Source: Candidatus Peribacteria bacterium (lineage in GTDB: Bacteria > Patescibacteriota > Gracilibacteria > Peribacterales > Peribacteraceae). Taken from it: a stretch of DNA of 64,000 nucleotides. The notes under the pieces are model-generated. The model saw only the letters and a program-made list of their open reading frames with translations. It was not told where the DNA came from and made no database searches. Made by a program: the position numbers and the translations under genes. Positions 37,981 through 47,589 of the stretch are shown here, piece by piece (the first letter of the stretch is position 1; every line of letters starts with the position of its first letter). The DNA is taken from the NCBI GenBank assembly GCA_041691135.1, contig JBEPVF010000007.1, forward strand, positions 13,377 to 77,376, in the 5' to 3' direction.

Positions 37981-39438
37981 ATGTCAATAGACTCCACTGC
38001 GCCTCTTGCCCCAGGGCAGGAGCACAAAGTTACGGTCGAGAAACTCACCTTTGGTGGGTCAGGATTGGCTCATATCCAAGGTTTGCCGGTATTTATTCCC
38101 GACAGCATTCCGGGTCAGCAGCTCACAGTTGTCCTTACCAAGCTCAAAGATAACTATGCCGAAGCCAAGGTGGTGAAGGTCAATCGTAAGGCGAAAGACG
38201 AAATCCCGGCCCGTTGCCCCCATTTCCACGACTGCGGCGGCTGTATATGGCAGAACCTGCCCTACAATAAGCAAATTGAATATAAAGAGGAGATCGTGCG
38301 CGAAACATTGGGGCATCTGACGCCTGTTGATGAAGATGTGCGCAAAACGCTCGTCGGCCGGGTGCTGAACATTGTCCCCAGCCCGCAGGTGTTCTATTAC
38401 CGCAACAAAATGGAGTTCAGCTTCGGCTACCAGATCATGCGCAATGAGGAGCGCAACGGAAAGCGCATCTACCTGGATGAAAACCCGACCATCGGCCTGC
38501 ATCAGCCCGGTCAGTGGTCGACGGTGGAACCAATCACGGAGTGTCATCTGTACGACGAACAAGTGATGACGTTGCTGGCCGATGTTCGCCGCTTTATGGA
38601 GCAGACGCGTCTGTCGGTCTACAACCCCAAGACGCAGAAGGGGATGCTCCGCACACTGCTCCTCCGCCGCGGTATCCACACCGGCGAACAGATGATCTGT
38701 TTCCTGGTGCAAGCCCGCAAGAAAGAACTGGAGCCGCTCTTCCAACACTTCCTGCGCGCTTTCGGCGGCCGTCCGCATTTGGCATCGCTGCTCATTGTTG
38801 AACACATGGGTGCCAACGATAAGCCGGAAATGCCGAAGATCCACACGCTCATCGGTAAGCCGACGATCAGCGAGCGGCTGTTCGATCTCACGTTTGATAT
38901 TTCGCCGTTCTCGTTCTTCCAGACGAATACACTCGGAGCCGAGAAGCTCTATCGCGCAATCGCCGAGGCAGCGGATCTGTCCATGCGCGATACGGTTCTG
39001 GATTTGTACTGCGGCATGGGAACGATCGGACAGTACCTGGCGCGCTTCTGCCAAAAAGTAGTCGGCGTCGAGAGCCATCCGTCGGCCATCGAAGACGCGC
39101 TCAAGAGCGCTGGCAAGAACAAGATCGGCAACATCAGCTTCTACAAAGGCCGCGCCGAGCAGGTGCTTCTGCAGCAGCTGAAGCCGGGTGGCAAATACAA
39201 ATTTGACGTCATCATCCTCGATCCGCCGCGGGCCGGTCTGCATCCCAAAGCGCGCGAGACGGTGCTCGAACACAAGCCGAAGAAGATCGTCTACGTCTCG
39301 TGCAACACGTCCACGTTCGCCCGTGATTTGGGCGAGATGCTGAAAGCCGGCTACGAACTGCGCACGGTGCAGCCGGTGGACCTGTTCCCGCACACGGCGC
39401 ATATCGAAACGGTGGCACTTCTGCAACGAAAGGATTAG
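37981..39438 (+). CDS. rlmD: 23S rRNA (uracil1939-C5)-methyltransferase
   Basis: TRAM domain, CPHFHDCGGC, YRNKMEF, SFFQTN, LDLYCGMG, DPPRAG, YVSCN and DLFPHTAHIE motifs. Confidence 0.95.
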   Translation: MSIDSTAPLAPGQEHKVTVEKLTFGGSGLAHIQGLPVFIPDSIPGQQLTVVLTKLKDNYAEAKVVKVNRKAKDEIPARCPHFHDCGGCIWQNLPYNKQIEYKEEIVRETLGHLTPVDEDVRKTLVGRVLNIVPSPQVFYYRNKMEFSFGYQIMRNEERNGKRIYLDENPTIGLHQPGQWSTVEPITECHLYDEQVMTLLADVRRFMEQTRLSVYNPKTQKGMLRTLLLRRGIHTGEQMICFLVQARKKELEPLFQHFLRAFGGRPHLASLLIVEHMGANDKPEMPKIHTLIGKPTISERLFDLTFDISPFSFFQTNTLGAEKLYRAIAEAADLSMRDTVLDLYCGMGTIGQYLARFCQKVVGVESHPSAIEDALKSAGKNKIGNISFYKGRAEQVLLQQLKPGGKYKFDVIILDPPRAGLHPKARETVLEHKPKKIVYVSCNTSTFARDLGEMLKAGYELRTVQPVDLFPHTAHIETVALLQRKD

Positions 39439-39471
39439 GGTTTGCCTCCGGACATTTTCTCTTCCTCTGAT

Positions 39472-39975
39472 ATGTCAGTTGAGACGGAATCTTTGATCGA
39501 TCCTCTTCGGTTGCACATAATCGATAAGAATGCAGAGTTATGGGTTCGCCAGCTGCAATTGCTTGAAGATTTCCCGGAGCGGAACAATGCCCCCTTGCTA
39601 AGGCAAAAACTTAAGCGCCCCGAAAACGACGCCATTTTGATATCGCATTATGAAGGAGGGTTTCTCTCTCGTCATGTTCTTGCTGCACTTATCGGCCATC
39701 GTCGTTCTGACTTATTCCATATTACGATGACGGGTGTGGACGTTCGTATGACTGGTGATCGCGAGCTCAGCAAAATCGCCGACGAATTGAGGAACGAACT
39801 TCGCAGATTACAGGAATATCGAGGATGGGAGGCTGTGTCGGTAGATCTGCATCCAGAACATCCATGTTTACGTCGTTTGTACGACATGATGGGTGCCGAT
39901 ATAAAGCATGAATCTGAAAGTGGAGTAAGGACCGCGGTTTGGAATCCATCGCTTGTGGACGCATCGGACTGGTAA
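39472..39975 (+). CDS. hypothetical protein, possibly GNAT-fold
   Basis: ORF filling the rlmD-rlmH gap; C-terminal LRRLYDMMG resembles GNAT motif B. Confidence 0.5.
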   Translation: MSVETESLIDPLRLHIIDKNAELWVRQLQLLEDFPERNNAPLLRQKLKRPENDAILISHYEGGFLSRHVLAALIGHRRSDLFHITMTGVDVRMTGDRELSKIADELRNELRRLQEYRGWEAVSVDLHPEHPCLRRLYDMMGADIKHESESGVRTAVWNPSLVDASDW

Positions 39976-39984
39976 GCTGCCCGT

Positions 39985-40452
39985 ATGCAAAAAATCATCT
40001 TCCTCACGGTGGGCAAAGTGAAGACGGCGTGGATCGCCGAAGGATGTACAGAGTTTGCGCGACGTCTGGGATCAGCCATCGATCTGCAGCGCATCGAACT
40101 GACACCCAGCAAGAACCTGGATCCAAAGAAGTACGCGGCCGAAGAATCGGCGACTATTCAGGAAAAACTGACGAAGTACACGGATGCCGATATCTGGCTG
40201 CTCGACGAGAAAGGCAAGACGATGACATCGCCGGAATTTTCGTCGACGCTGTCGAAAGCAGAAGACATCGGTCGCACCCTGGTGTTCGTTCTTGGCGGAT
40301 CCTACGGCACGACAGATGAGTTGAAGAAGGCGCTGCCACGTCAGTTGAAACTCAGCGACATGACCTTTCCGCATGAGCTGTGTCAGGTGATTTTTCTGGA
40401 GCAGGTGTACCGGGCGATCGAGATCAAGAAGGGGACGGGATATCACCATTAA
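39985..40452 (+). CDS. rlmH: 23S rRNA (pseudouridine1915-N3)-methyltransferase
   Basis: VGKVK, LDEKGK, FVLGGSYG, LSDMTFPHEL, EQVYRA and terminal GYHH motifs. Confidence 0.96.
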   Translation: MQKIIFLTVGKVKTAWIAEGCTEFARRLGSAIDLQRIELTPSKNLDPKKYAAEESATIQEKLTKYTDADIWLLDEKGKTMTSPEFSSTLSKAEDIGRTLVFVLGGSYGTTDELKKALPRQLKLSDMTFPHELCQVIFLEQVYRAIEIKKGTGYHH

Positions 40453-40506
40453 ACGGTGACCGATGTGACCGAGGGGGGCAGAGGTGACAGAAGATACGGC
40501 TTTTTC

Positions 40507-40550
40507 AAAACGCCGGCGTCTCCTCTTGCGAGGGTGGGCCGGCGTTTTTT
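40507..40550. terminator. bidirectional terminator-like hairpin
   Basis: AAAACGCCGGC...GCCGGCGTTTT between the convergent rlmH and response-regulator genes. Confidence 0.8.
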
Positions 40551-40635
40551 CCGAAACAATGTCTCGGAAGTGTGCGCACCGAAGTGCACGAGGTAGCTCT
40601 TTGGCATCCGTGTTCACTCCACGTTCCATTGAAGA

Positions 40636-41211
40636 TCAGGGTTCGTCAGCCTTTTTCTGGCTGATAAGACGGCGCACTCGCTCAGCGAGGAGGGCGCCGT
40701 CGAATGGCTTCTTGAACGCGTCGTTGAATCCGAAGCCGTACAGTTCCTCGCTCGGCTCGTTGCTGGTGAGGGCGACGATGATCGTGGTCTGGTAGGCCTC
40801 ATTCTTACGCAAGTTCTGTGCGATCTGGCCGGCTTCGATCCGGCCGATCGTCAGGTCGATCACGATGCAGTCAGGATGGAAACTCTCGGCACGAACGCCA
40901 GCCTCAAAACCCGAGGTGGCCGTCTCGATCCGGAAGTCGTCGGTTTCCCGAAATTGCTCGCGGAGACTGGCCAGCAGGGGCGCGTCGGCCCCCACGACTA
41001 GAATCTTGCCGTAAGCCGCCGTTTCGAAATTCCCGAGTGGCATTCCATGCTCCTTGAGAAATTGAAGCAAATTCTGTCGAGGAATTCGGCGATCCTGCGA
41101 CCCGGGGATGCGATACCCGCGCAAGCGGCCTGAGTCGAACCACTTGCTGACGGTACGTGGCGCGACCTTACAGATCGCGGCCACCTGCCCGGTTGTAAAC
41201 ACTTTTTTCAT
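40636..41211 (-). CDS. excisionase-like HTH + receiver-domain response regulator
   Basis: FTTGQVAAICKVAPRTVSKWFDSGRLRGYRIPGSQDRRIP; REC motifs PDCIVID, IVALT and KKPF; strong GGAGG SD. Confidence 0.92.
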   Translation of the reverse strand: MKKVFTTGQVAAICKVAPRTVSKWFDSGRLRGYRIPGSQDRRIPRQNLLQFLKEHGMPLGNFETAAYGKILVVGADAPLLASLREQFRETDDFRIETATSGFEAGVRAESFHPDCIVIDLTIGRIEAGQIAQNLRKNEAYQTTIIVALTSNEPSEELYGFGFNDAFKKPFDGALLAERVRRLISQKKADEP

Positions 41212-41437
41212 GGTGTTTACAACCTCCTTTCTTTGGAAAGAAAAGGAATTGTCCTCCCGCCTAGGGCCAACACGAAAGAACCCGTGATGCGGAAAGAGCT
41301 GAAAGTACTGAATTGGTTTTGAGAGAGTGCGTCAATAATCTCATACGCTCATCACTGTAACAGCGCTGTAGCATTCACAAGAAGGCTGGTGAATGATGTG
41401 AATGTCCGTAGACTGATTTCACTCCTTCTCCTTCATC

Positions 41438-42220
41438 ATGCGTCGATTGGTCCTCTCTTTCTTGTCGGTTTTCCTGATGGTACCGGCGGTACAAGCTGCC
41501 ACTGTTAAGGCACCGAAATGGGATGGTGTTCTCCTCCACGGTATACATCCGGTGATTCTTCACACGACGAAAGGAGATATCACCATCGAACTCGATGCCA
41601 CGGCCGCACCGAAAACGGTGACGAACTTCATCACGCTCGCGAAGGCTGGTTACTATGACGGGCTCACGTTCCATCGGGTGATTCCCACGTTCATCATCCA
41701 GGCCGGTGATCCCAATGGCGATGGCACCGGTGGCGACAGTATCTACGGGCCGACGTTTGAAGATGAGATCAATGCCAACAGCTATGGGCTCGATACGCAA
41801 AAATTGAGTGATAGGGCGCAGGGGCAATTTATGCCGGATGCATTGAAAAATATGACTCTGAAGCAGTACAACGAACAGAATGGGTACACCTACAACGATG
41901 CGCTTCCGTCACTTCGCCTGACGCAGGGTTCTGTTGCGATGGCGAATCGCGGTCCCAATACCAATGCCAGCCAGTTCTTCATCACTCTAGGTCCTGATTT
42001 GCAAGAACTTGAAGGTAAGTACACGGTCTTCGGTCGTGTAACAAAAGGCATGGATGTCGCTACCAAGATTGCAGCGGTTGATACTGATGAAGCCACGAAT
42101 AAACCCAAGACACCCATTACCTTCACGGTCGAGGTGCACAAAACAAAGGCAGATAGTCTGCACCAGAATGCACTCAAGCGGCGTCAGAAGCGGATGAGTG
42201 TTGGCGGAAAAGGGAAGTGA
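41438..42220 (+). CDS. cyclophilin-type peptidyl-prolyl isomerase, exported
   Basis: Signal peptide; APKTVTNF, YYDGLTFHRVI, IQAGDP, AMANRGPNTNASQFFI and YTVFG motifs. Confidence 0.94.
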   Translation: MRRLVLSFLSVFLMVPAVQAATVKAPKWDGVLLHGIHPVILHTTKGDITIELDATAAPKTVTNFITLAKAGYYDGLTFHRVIPTFIIQAGDPNGDGTGGDSIYGPTFEDEINANSYGLDTQKLSDRAQGQFMPDALKNMTLKQYNEQNGYTYNDALPSLRLTQGSVAMANRGPNTNASQFFITLGPDLQELEGKYTVFGRVTKGMDVATKIAAVDTDEATNKPKTPITFTVEVHKTKADSLHQNALKRRQKRMSVGGKGK

Positions 42221-42289
42221 TAGTGTAAGCGGTATTTTAAAAAACCCGCGCGCAGCCCGGAGGCAACGCACGGGGACCGTCGTCGATCA

Positions 42290-42484
42290 TTATGCAGCGA
42301 CCACGTTCGAGGCCTTGGGGCCCTTCTCGCCTTTTTCAAGGTCGAACTGCACCGTCTGGCCGATCTGCAAACTGTCATACTGACCGTTGCAGGCGCTGTT
42401 GTGAAAAAATACATCGTCGGATCCTTCGACGGAGATAAAACCGAAACCCTTATCGGTCTTCGTTTTGATAGTTCCTGTTGCCAT
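42290..42484 (-). CDS. cold-shock domain protein
   Basis: RNP1 KGFGFI, RNP2 VFFH and KGPKASNV motifs. Confidence 0.95.
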   Translation of the reverse strand: MATGTIKTKTDKGFGFISVEGSDDVFFHNSACNGQYDSLQIGQTVQFDLEKGEKGPKASNVVAA

Positions 42485-42737
42485 GGAGTAGAAATAAAAG
42501 ATAAAAATGTCTGTAAGACAAGTGATCGTACCCTGTTTCTGTCGATAAAGCTATCGAATATTTGTCAATCTGGGGCGATGGGATTTTTGGGTCGCTCGGA
42601 CCTTCCTCTATCTCCGTTCTCCTCGTGGAGCGAGAATTACTACTTTTTCCCAAGAAAAAGCAGCTTCTCGTCGCGAAGAAGAGAAAAATGGAGTACGGTC
42701 GCTGTACGCATGTTGCGGGTTCTTCCTCTCCCTCTTT

Positions 42738-42974
42738 ATTCAAAAACGACGCGATGTTTGCCTGGTGGGCGGATGCGGCAAGGCTACTAACGGAAAACAC
42801 TACTGCGACAAGCATATGACGCCCGGACAGCGGAGGCAATTGACGAGCGAACTCAGCGCGCTCATTCGGTCGGATTGCTGCGACGAAAAATGCGTGGCGG
42901 GCAAACTACACGACAACGGCGAGCAATATTGCAGCAAGTGCAAGGAGCCGTGCTGCTGGAGGACGGCAAAGTGA
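42738..42974 (+). CDS. small Cys-rich zinc-finger protein (start uncertain)
   Basis: In-frame CLVGGC-x8-CDKH, then CC..C and CSKC..CC; the first Cys lies upstream of the track's GTG 42765. Confidence 0.6.
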   Translation: MQKRRDVCLVGGCGKATNGKHYCDKHMTPGQRRQLTSELSALIRSDCCDEKCVAGKLHDNGEQYCSKCKEPCCWRTAK

Positions 42975-43052
42975 GAATGACCAGAAAATCCGTCACCTGT
43001 TTGTCGGTGCGTCGGGCGCCCAGTACAATTTTACGTATTCTTCCCATTACGT

Positions 43053-43445
43053 ATGACTGAACTGAAGAGCAACTCCGTCGGCTGGTTCGAAATTCCGGTT
43101 GAGGACATGGACCGCGCAACTACATTTTACGAAGCGGTCTTCGCCTGCACTCTCGAGCATCACGATATGGGGCCGCTGCAGATGGCGTGGTTTCCGTCGG
43201 TGGAGAACGGCAAAGGTTCGGCCGGTGCACTGGTGAAGCACAGCGACTGGTATCGTCCCTCCGATTTTAACGGTGTGATGATCTATTTCACCGCGCACTC
43301 GGGAGATGTGGCTACCGAACTCGGACGCGTCGAACAAGCAGGTGGCAAGATTCTGCAGCAGAAAAAATCCATCGGCGAATATGGCTTTGTCGCCTTCTTC
43401 CTGGATTCCGAAGGCAATCGCATCGGGTTGCATTCCAGGGTCTGA
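43053..43445 (+). CDS. VOC/glyoxalase family protein
   Basis: WFEIPVEDMDRA..FY, AGGKI and DSEGNRIGL motifs. Confidence 0.93.
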   Translation: MTELKSNSVGWFEIPVEDMDRATTFYEAVFACTLEHHDMGPLQMAWFPSVENGKGSAGALVKHSDWYRPSDFNGVMIYFTAHSGDVATELGRVEQAGGKILQQKKSIGEYGFVAFFLDSEGNRIGLHSRV

Positions 43446-43459
43446 TATATCGGTCGCTG

Positions 43460-44218
43460 CTAGCGGATCAATGACTTGATCGTCGGTAGCATGGCGTTGG
43501 CCCACAGCTGGTAGCCCAATCCTGTCAGATGCAGGCCGTCAAACAGAATGTCCGGCCCCACATTTCCGTTTGCATCAAGGAAGGCCGATCCCACGTCTAG
43601 GTACGTGATGTTCTTGTCGGCCATTGTTTTGATCCGATTATTGATGGCGGTGATTTTTGAACGAACGGGATCGTATGCTTTTCCGCCTCGCGGGAAGATT
43701 CCCAATAGTAGAACTTTTGCCTGAGGTCGCTTCTGCCGGAGCTGCGCGATTACGGCGCCTATTTGTTCGACGATGTCATCATCCGATCTCAGCATTAGAT
43801 CATTCGTGCCTATCAGCATGACAAAAAGTTTGGGATCCATACTTCCCAGTAGCTTTCCTTTCTCCAAATGCCACTGCAATTGTGCAGCCTGCTCGTTGTT
43901 GATGCCGAAATCGGCTGCATTAAGCGGCGCTAACGCCGTATCCCAGGTCTGTTTTCCGAATGTTTCCCATCCCTGCGTGATCGAATCGCCCAGAAACACA
44001 ATAGTGGGTTTGATCGTCGCACTTGCCTGGATCAGAGAGGGAAAACGGCTGCTGTCCTTCTCCGTATAGGCAACATATTTTATGATCGGCGGCGATTGAA
44101 CGGGCGGCAGCTGCACGGGGATTGATCGCATCAATATCAGCGCTAAGACCAGATTTTCGGCGCTCACTACAAAAATGATGAGCAGGGGATCCAGTAGTGA
44201 GTGTTTGTGCAAATTCAT
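43460..44218 (-). CDS. SGNH/GDSL hydrolase (PAF-acetylhydrolase-like)
   Basis: FLGDSIT, IGTND, GIFPRG and DGLH motifs. Confidence 0.9.
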   Translation of the reverse strand: MNLHKHSLLDPLLIIFVVSAENLVLALILMRSIPVQLPPVQSPPIIKYVAYTEKDSSRFPSLIQASATIKPTIVFLGDSITQGWETFGKQTWDTALAPLNAADFGINNEQAAQLQWHLEKGKLLGSMDPKLFVMLIGTNDLMLRSDDDIVEQIGAVIAQLRQKRPQAKVLLLGIFPRGGKAYDPVRSKITAINNRIKTMADKNITYLDVGSAFLDANGNVGPDILFDGLHLTGLGYQLWANAMLPTIKSLIR

Positions 44219-44311
44219 TGGCGGCTGATGACGAGAGAAGGATGATCGTCATCACGTATCGTATCTTCTGCCTTTCCGTGCGTCACTGGAAGTCGTTGGA
44301 CAGAGAGCCCA

Positions 44312-44890
44312 CTACCATACGAATGGAATGAGGGCCTTCGTCCGTGCTTTGTATGCCGGGTAGGCATCGGGGAAATGCTGCGTCAGAAGTTTCTCTTCAT
44401 CTTTTGCTTTGAGCGAAAAGCCGATGGCCACGAATACGAGAACAAGAAAAAAGCTCGCTGAGCCATACCAAATTGCTTCGCCCAGAAACAGGAGCAGCAG
44501 ACCGGAGTAGATGGGATGACGGACAACGGCATACGGACCGCGTTGAATAAGTTCATGGTCCTGTTTGAATGTGACAGAGGCGCTCCAATTGCTGCCCAGT
44601 ATCACGCGCGACCAGAGCATCAGCAGCAGACCACACCCGGCGATGATATCGGCGATGATGCCGACTGTGAGCGAGTAGGGCCAAAGTCTGAGATTCGTAA
44701 ACGAGAAGAAATGGCCCAGGATCAGCACGGCAAAAATGGCAATACACATGCGAAACAAAATCTGCTTACTCGACCGACTTACTTCCACCGTTTGCTTTAC
44801 CGAAAATGAAGCGATGATCCAGAAAATGAGGAAGACCGCCCAGCAGCCGAGAATGAATTGGCCGGTGGAGACACTGGTGATGGGAGGCAT
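44312..44890 (-). CDS. ICMT/PEMT-family membrane methyltransferase
   Basis: LGSNWS, HELIQRGPYAVVRHPIYSG and EEKLL motifs. Confidence 0.92.
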   Translation of the reverse strand: MPPITSVSTGQFILGCWAVFLIFWIIASFSVKQTVEVSRSSKQILFRMCIAIFAVLILGHFFSFTNLRLWPYSLTVGIIADIIAGCGLLLMLWSRVILGSNWSASVTFKQDHELIQRGPYAVVRHPIYSGLLLLFLGEAIWYGSASFFLVLVFVAIGFSLKAKDEEKLLTQHFPDAYPAYKARTKALIPFVW

Positions 44891-44984
44891 GACTCTATTG
44901 TACGTCTGGAAAGATGTGAGTCAGCGGAATTGCCGAGAAAATGGCTATTATGCATTCTTACCGTCTTAACCTATACTTATTCCT

Positions 44985-45482
44985 ATGAATGTTGAGACGA
45001 TCATTATCCGGCGCAGCCCTGTGATGGCGATTTTTCGATTGGTTGTGGTGCTCGTCGTGCTTTCTCTCATCTTTGCTGCCGCTTTTTCATTCATCGGAAA
45101 TGACACTACCGATAGCAGACAACTGCAGATGTTGCATGTGCAACTGCTTGCCATCTATTCCATCCTTTCCATTCTGTTGGCGATTGTCATTCTATGGCAA
45201 TGGGCGTTTGAATGGTTTGAAGTACGCGAGGGATTAATGGTGCATCACAAAGGGATCATCTTTCGCCGCACAACCGGGACATCGCTCCAGCATTTGGAGG
45301 AAATCAGCGTACGCGAAGGACTCTTTGGTCGAATTCTCAAGTATGGCACTCTTGTATTGCACAATCCGATGCTTAAGCAGCAGGTTACATTGCATGATGT
45401 GCTGGATCCGCTTGTGCAAGCACGAGCGCTCAGAAGCGCGATTGGTAAACAGGGAGAGAGAATTGTGCCTTTGGCACAGTAG
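44985..45482 (+). CDS. bacterial PH-domain (bPH_2-like) membrane protein
   Basis: Two TM helices, then KGIIFRR...GLFGRILKYGTL. Confidence 0.8.
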   Translation: MNVETIIIRRSPVMAIFRLVVVLVVLSLIFAAAFSFIGNDTTDSRQLQMLHVQLLAIYSILSILLAIVILWQWAFEWFEVREGLMVHHKGIIFRRTTGTSLQHLEEISVREGLFGRILKYGTLVLHNPMLKQQVTLHDVLDPLVQARALRSAIGKQGERIVPLAQ

Positions 45483-45610
45483 ACAGGAATCAGTAAAAAT
45501 TGGGGCAAAAAATTGCAAACTATGCAGCACTGTAATGCGCACTAAAACAAAAAAGGCCCGATGGATATTCCATCGGGCGGCCTCGTTCTCGTTGGCTGTC
45601 CAAACTCCTT

Positions 45611-46153
45611 TTAGCAGGTGAAGTTGGCAACCAGGAATTGTCCGTATGCGCATGTTTCCGGCCCCAGCCAGCCACGCTTTCTGGTGAGCTGTGCGAAGTA
45701 CTGCTGCACAGCAGAGGACTTGCCGCTGAGGCTGAATATCAGTCCGCTGCCACGCACATGGTTTGCGTGGATAGACAGTGGAAGCTGACGGTAGACGGAC
45801 ATCTCGGTCACGTCGGTTTTGAGGAAGAGGTAGAGCCCGTCATTTTCCATGTGACGGGGGCCGTGGAAGTAGGCCATTTCCTGGCTTGCTTCCTCTCTCA
45901 CTCGATTGTCTTGTGGACCAAAACCTCTGGCGGTCCAATACAAGTCGAAGTACCGACTGAGGAAGGCAATCCGTTGCCTTCGGGATTCCTCTTTTAGCAG
46001 TTGTTTGACTTCATTGCTTGTTCCGTCAGTGCTCGACGGAATAATGAGCGCCACCTCCGTATCTGTGCGCTCTTTATTACGACGAGCAAGGATTTGCTGC
46101 AACGTGACGTTCTTGCCTTTGCCCCACACGGGTTTTGCCCTCAAAACTAACAA
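45611..46153 (-). CDS. hypothetical protein
   Basis: About 180-aa ORF followed on the minus strand by a hairpin plus T-run (about 45549-45582); start uncertain. Confidence 0.5.
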   Translation of the reverse strand: MLVLRAKPVWGKGKNVTLQQILARRNKERTDTEVALIIPSSTDGTSNEVKQLLKEESRRQRIAFLSRYFDLYWTARGFGPQDNRVREEASQEMAYFHGPRHMENDGLYLFLKTDVTEMSVYRQLPLSIHANHVRGSGLIFSLSGKSSAVQQYFAQLTRKRGWLGPETCAYGQFLVANFTC

Positions 46154-46432
46154 ACGACGAGAAAAAGAACGAGCCCCCCTAGGGGGTATCGGACTCTACC
46201 AATAGGAAACAAGAGAAGCCATTAAATTGATGCATCTTAGTGGCAGCCCAAAGGCTCGTGATAACAAACTCTGTGCTTTGGGAGGTGATCGATTGGTACA
46301 AAGTCCTGAATGTCTTATTGAAGCCAGAAACGGAATTCGTGATCTGAGAGAAGGACTTGAATATCCGAAAACTATCGGGCGTCAACAGACACTTCTTCGT
46401 TTTTTTACGGAAGAAGCGATAGACTGGCGTTT

Positions 46433-47518
46433 ATGACTTTCAAAATTTTCGTCGTACTCTTGCTCGTTCTTAGTGCGGAATTTATCAATGGATACACTGA
46501 TGCTCCGAATGCAACAGCCACCGCTGTTGCCACCGGGCTTCTCTCACGAAAACATGCACTCTGGTGGGCTGCTATTTCGAACTTGCTCGGTTTGTTTCCT
46601 TCCCTCATCTTCGGTGCCGCTGTTGCGAACACCGTCGGCAAAGGGATTATCGATCCTGCAGCTGTGAATTTGGATCTCATTGCAGCAGCCATGTGCGGCG
46701 TGATCATATGGGGAAGAATCGCCTCGCTCGTCGGTCTTCCTGTCAGCAAGTCTCATGCACTCTTTGCAGCCCTTGCCGGCGCTGCCTATATTGGCGGTGG
46801 CATGCACGCACTTTTGGCTTCGGGGTGGACAAAGATTGGAGAGGGCGTCATTATCTCGATCTTCTTGGCGTCATCGTTCTCGTGGCTACTCGGTCGTTCC
46901 ATAATAGAACTACAGAAGTACAAACACATACCCGACTCCTCATGGCGGCGCATGCAGCTTGTTACGCTCACGCTGGTTGCAGGCATGCACGGCTGGAATG
47001 ACGGTCTCAAGTTCGTTGGTGTCTTCTCCTTAGTGCTGTTACTGGGCGGTGTGACGTCCAGCTTTGTGGTGACGCCGCAGATCATTCTTATCTGTGCCAT
47101 GGTAATGGGCGCAGGAACTCTCTGCGGAGGTTGGCGTATCGTCGCTCGTATCAAGAAGATGACACATAATGATTGCAAACCATGGCAGGGAGTGACGGCT
47201 GAAACAATTTCTGCGCTGTGCATCGGAGTCTCCGCGTTTGGCGGCGTACCGATGAGCACGACACATACCGTCGTCTCTTCCATCGCCGGAGCAATGGCTT
47301 CTCGAAGCGTGAAAAACGTACACTGGCAAACCGCTCTGCTCATTGGTTGGGGCTGGCTGCTTACCATCGTATTCTGCAGTATTGGAACCGGAGTGATTGC
47401 GATGATCGGATGGAAAATCGTGGCTGTCCTTTACTTCATCTGCGAAATCGTCATCCAATGGCTGGAAAGCAAGGCACGCAAAGCAGTGCCCGAAGCAACA
47501 AGTATACTTGCGTACTAG
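46433..47518 (+). CDS. PiT-family inorganic phosphate transporter
   Basis: FINGYTDAPNA, GLPVSKSHAL, HGWNDG, GGWRI and GVPMSTTH motifs. Confidence 0.92.
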   Translation: MTFKIFVVLLLVLSAEFINGYTDAPNATATAVATGLLSRKHALWWAAISNLLGLFPSLIFGAAVANTVGKGIIDPAAVNLDLIAAAMCGVIIWGRIASLVGLPVSKSHALFAALAGAAYIGGGMHALLASGWTKIGEGVIISIFLASSFSWLLGRSIIELQKYKHIPDSSWRRMQLVTLTLVAGMHGWNDGLKFVGVFSLVLLLGGVTSSFVVTPQIILICAMVMGAGTLCGGWRIVARIKKMTHNDCKPWQGVTAETISALCIGVSAFGGVPMSTTHTVVSSIAGAMASRSVKNVHWQTALLIGWGWLLTIVFCSIGTGVIAMIGWKIVAVLYFICEIVIQWLESKARKAVPEATSILAY

Positions 47519-47589
47519 CGATACACTACCCGCAAGACGATAAATATATATTGACAAACGATAAGCACTAAAATTAAGATGGAATCACT

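Noticed and set aside
38059-39426. 455-aa minus-strand ORF
   Set aside because: Antisense shadow of rlmD.
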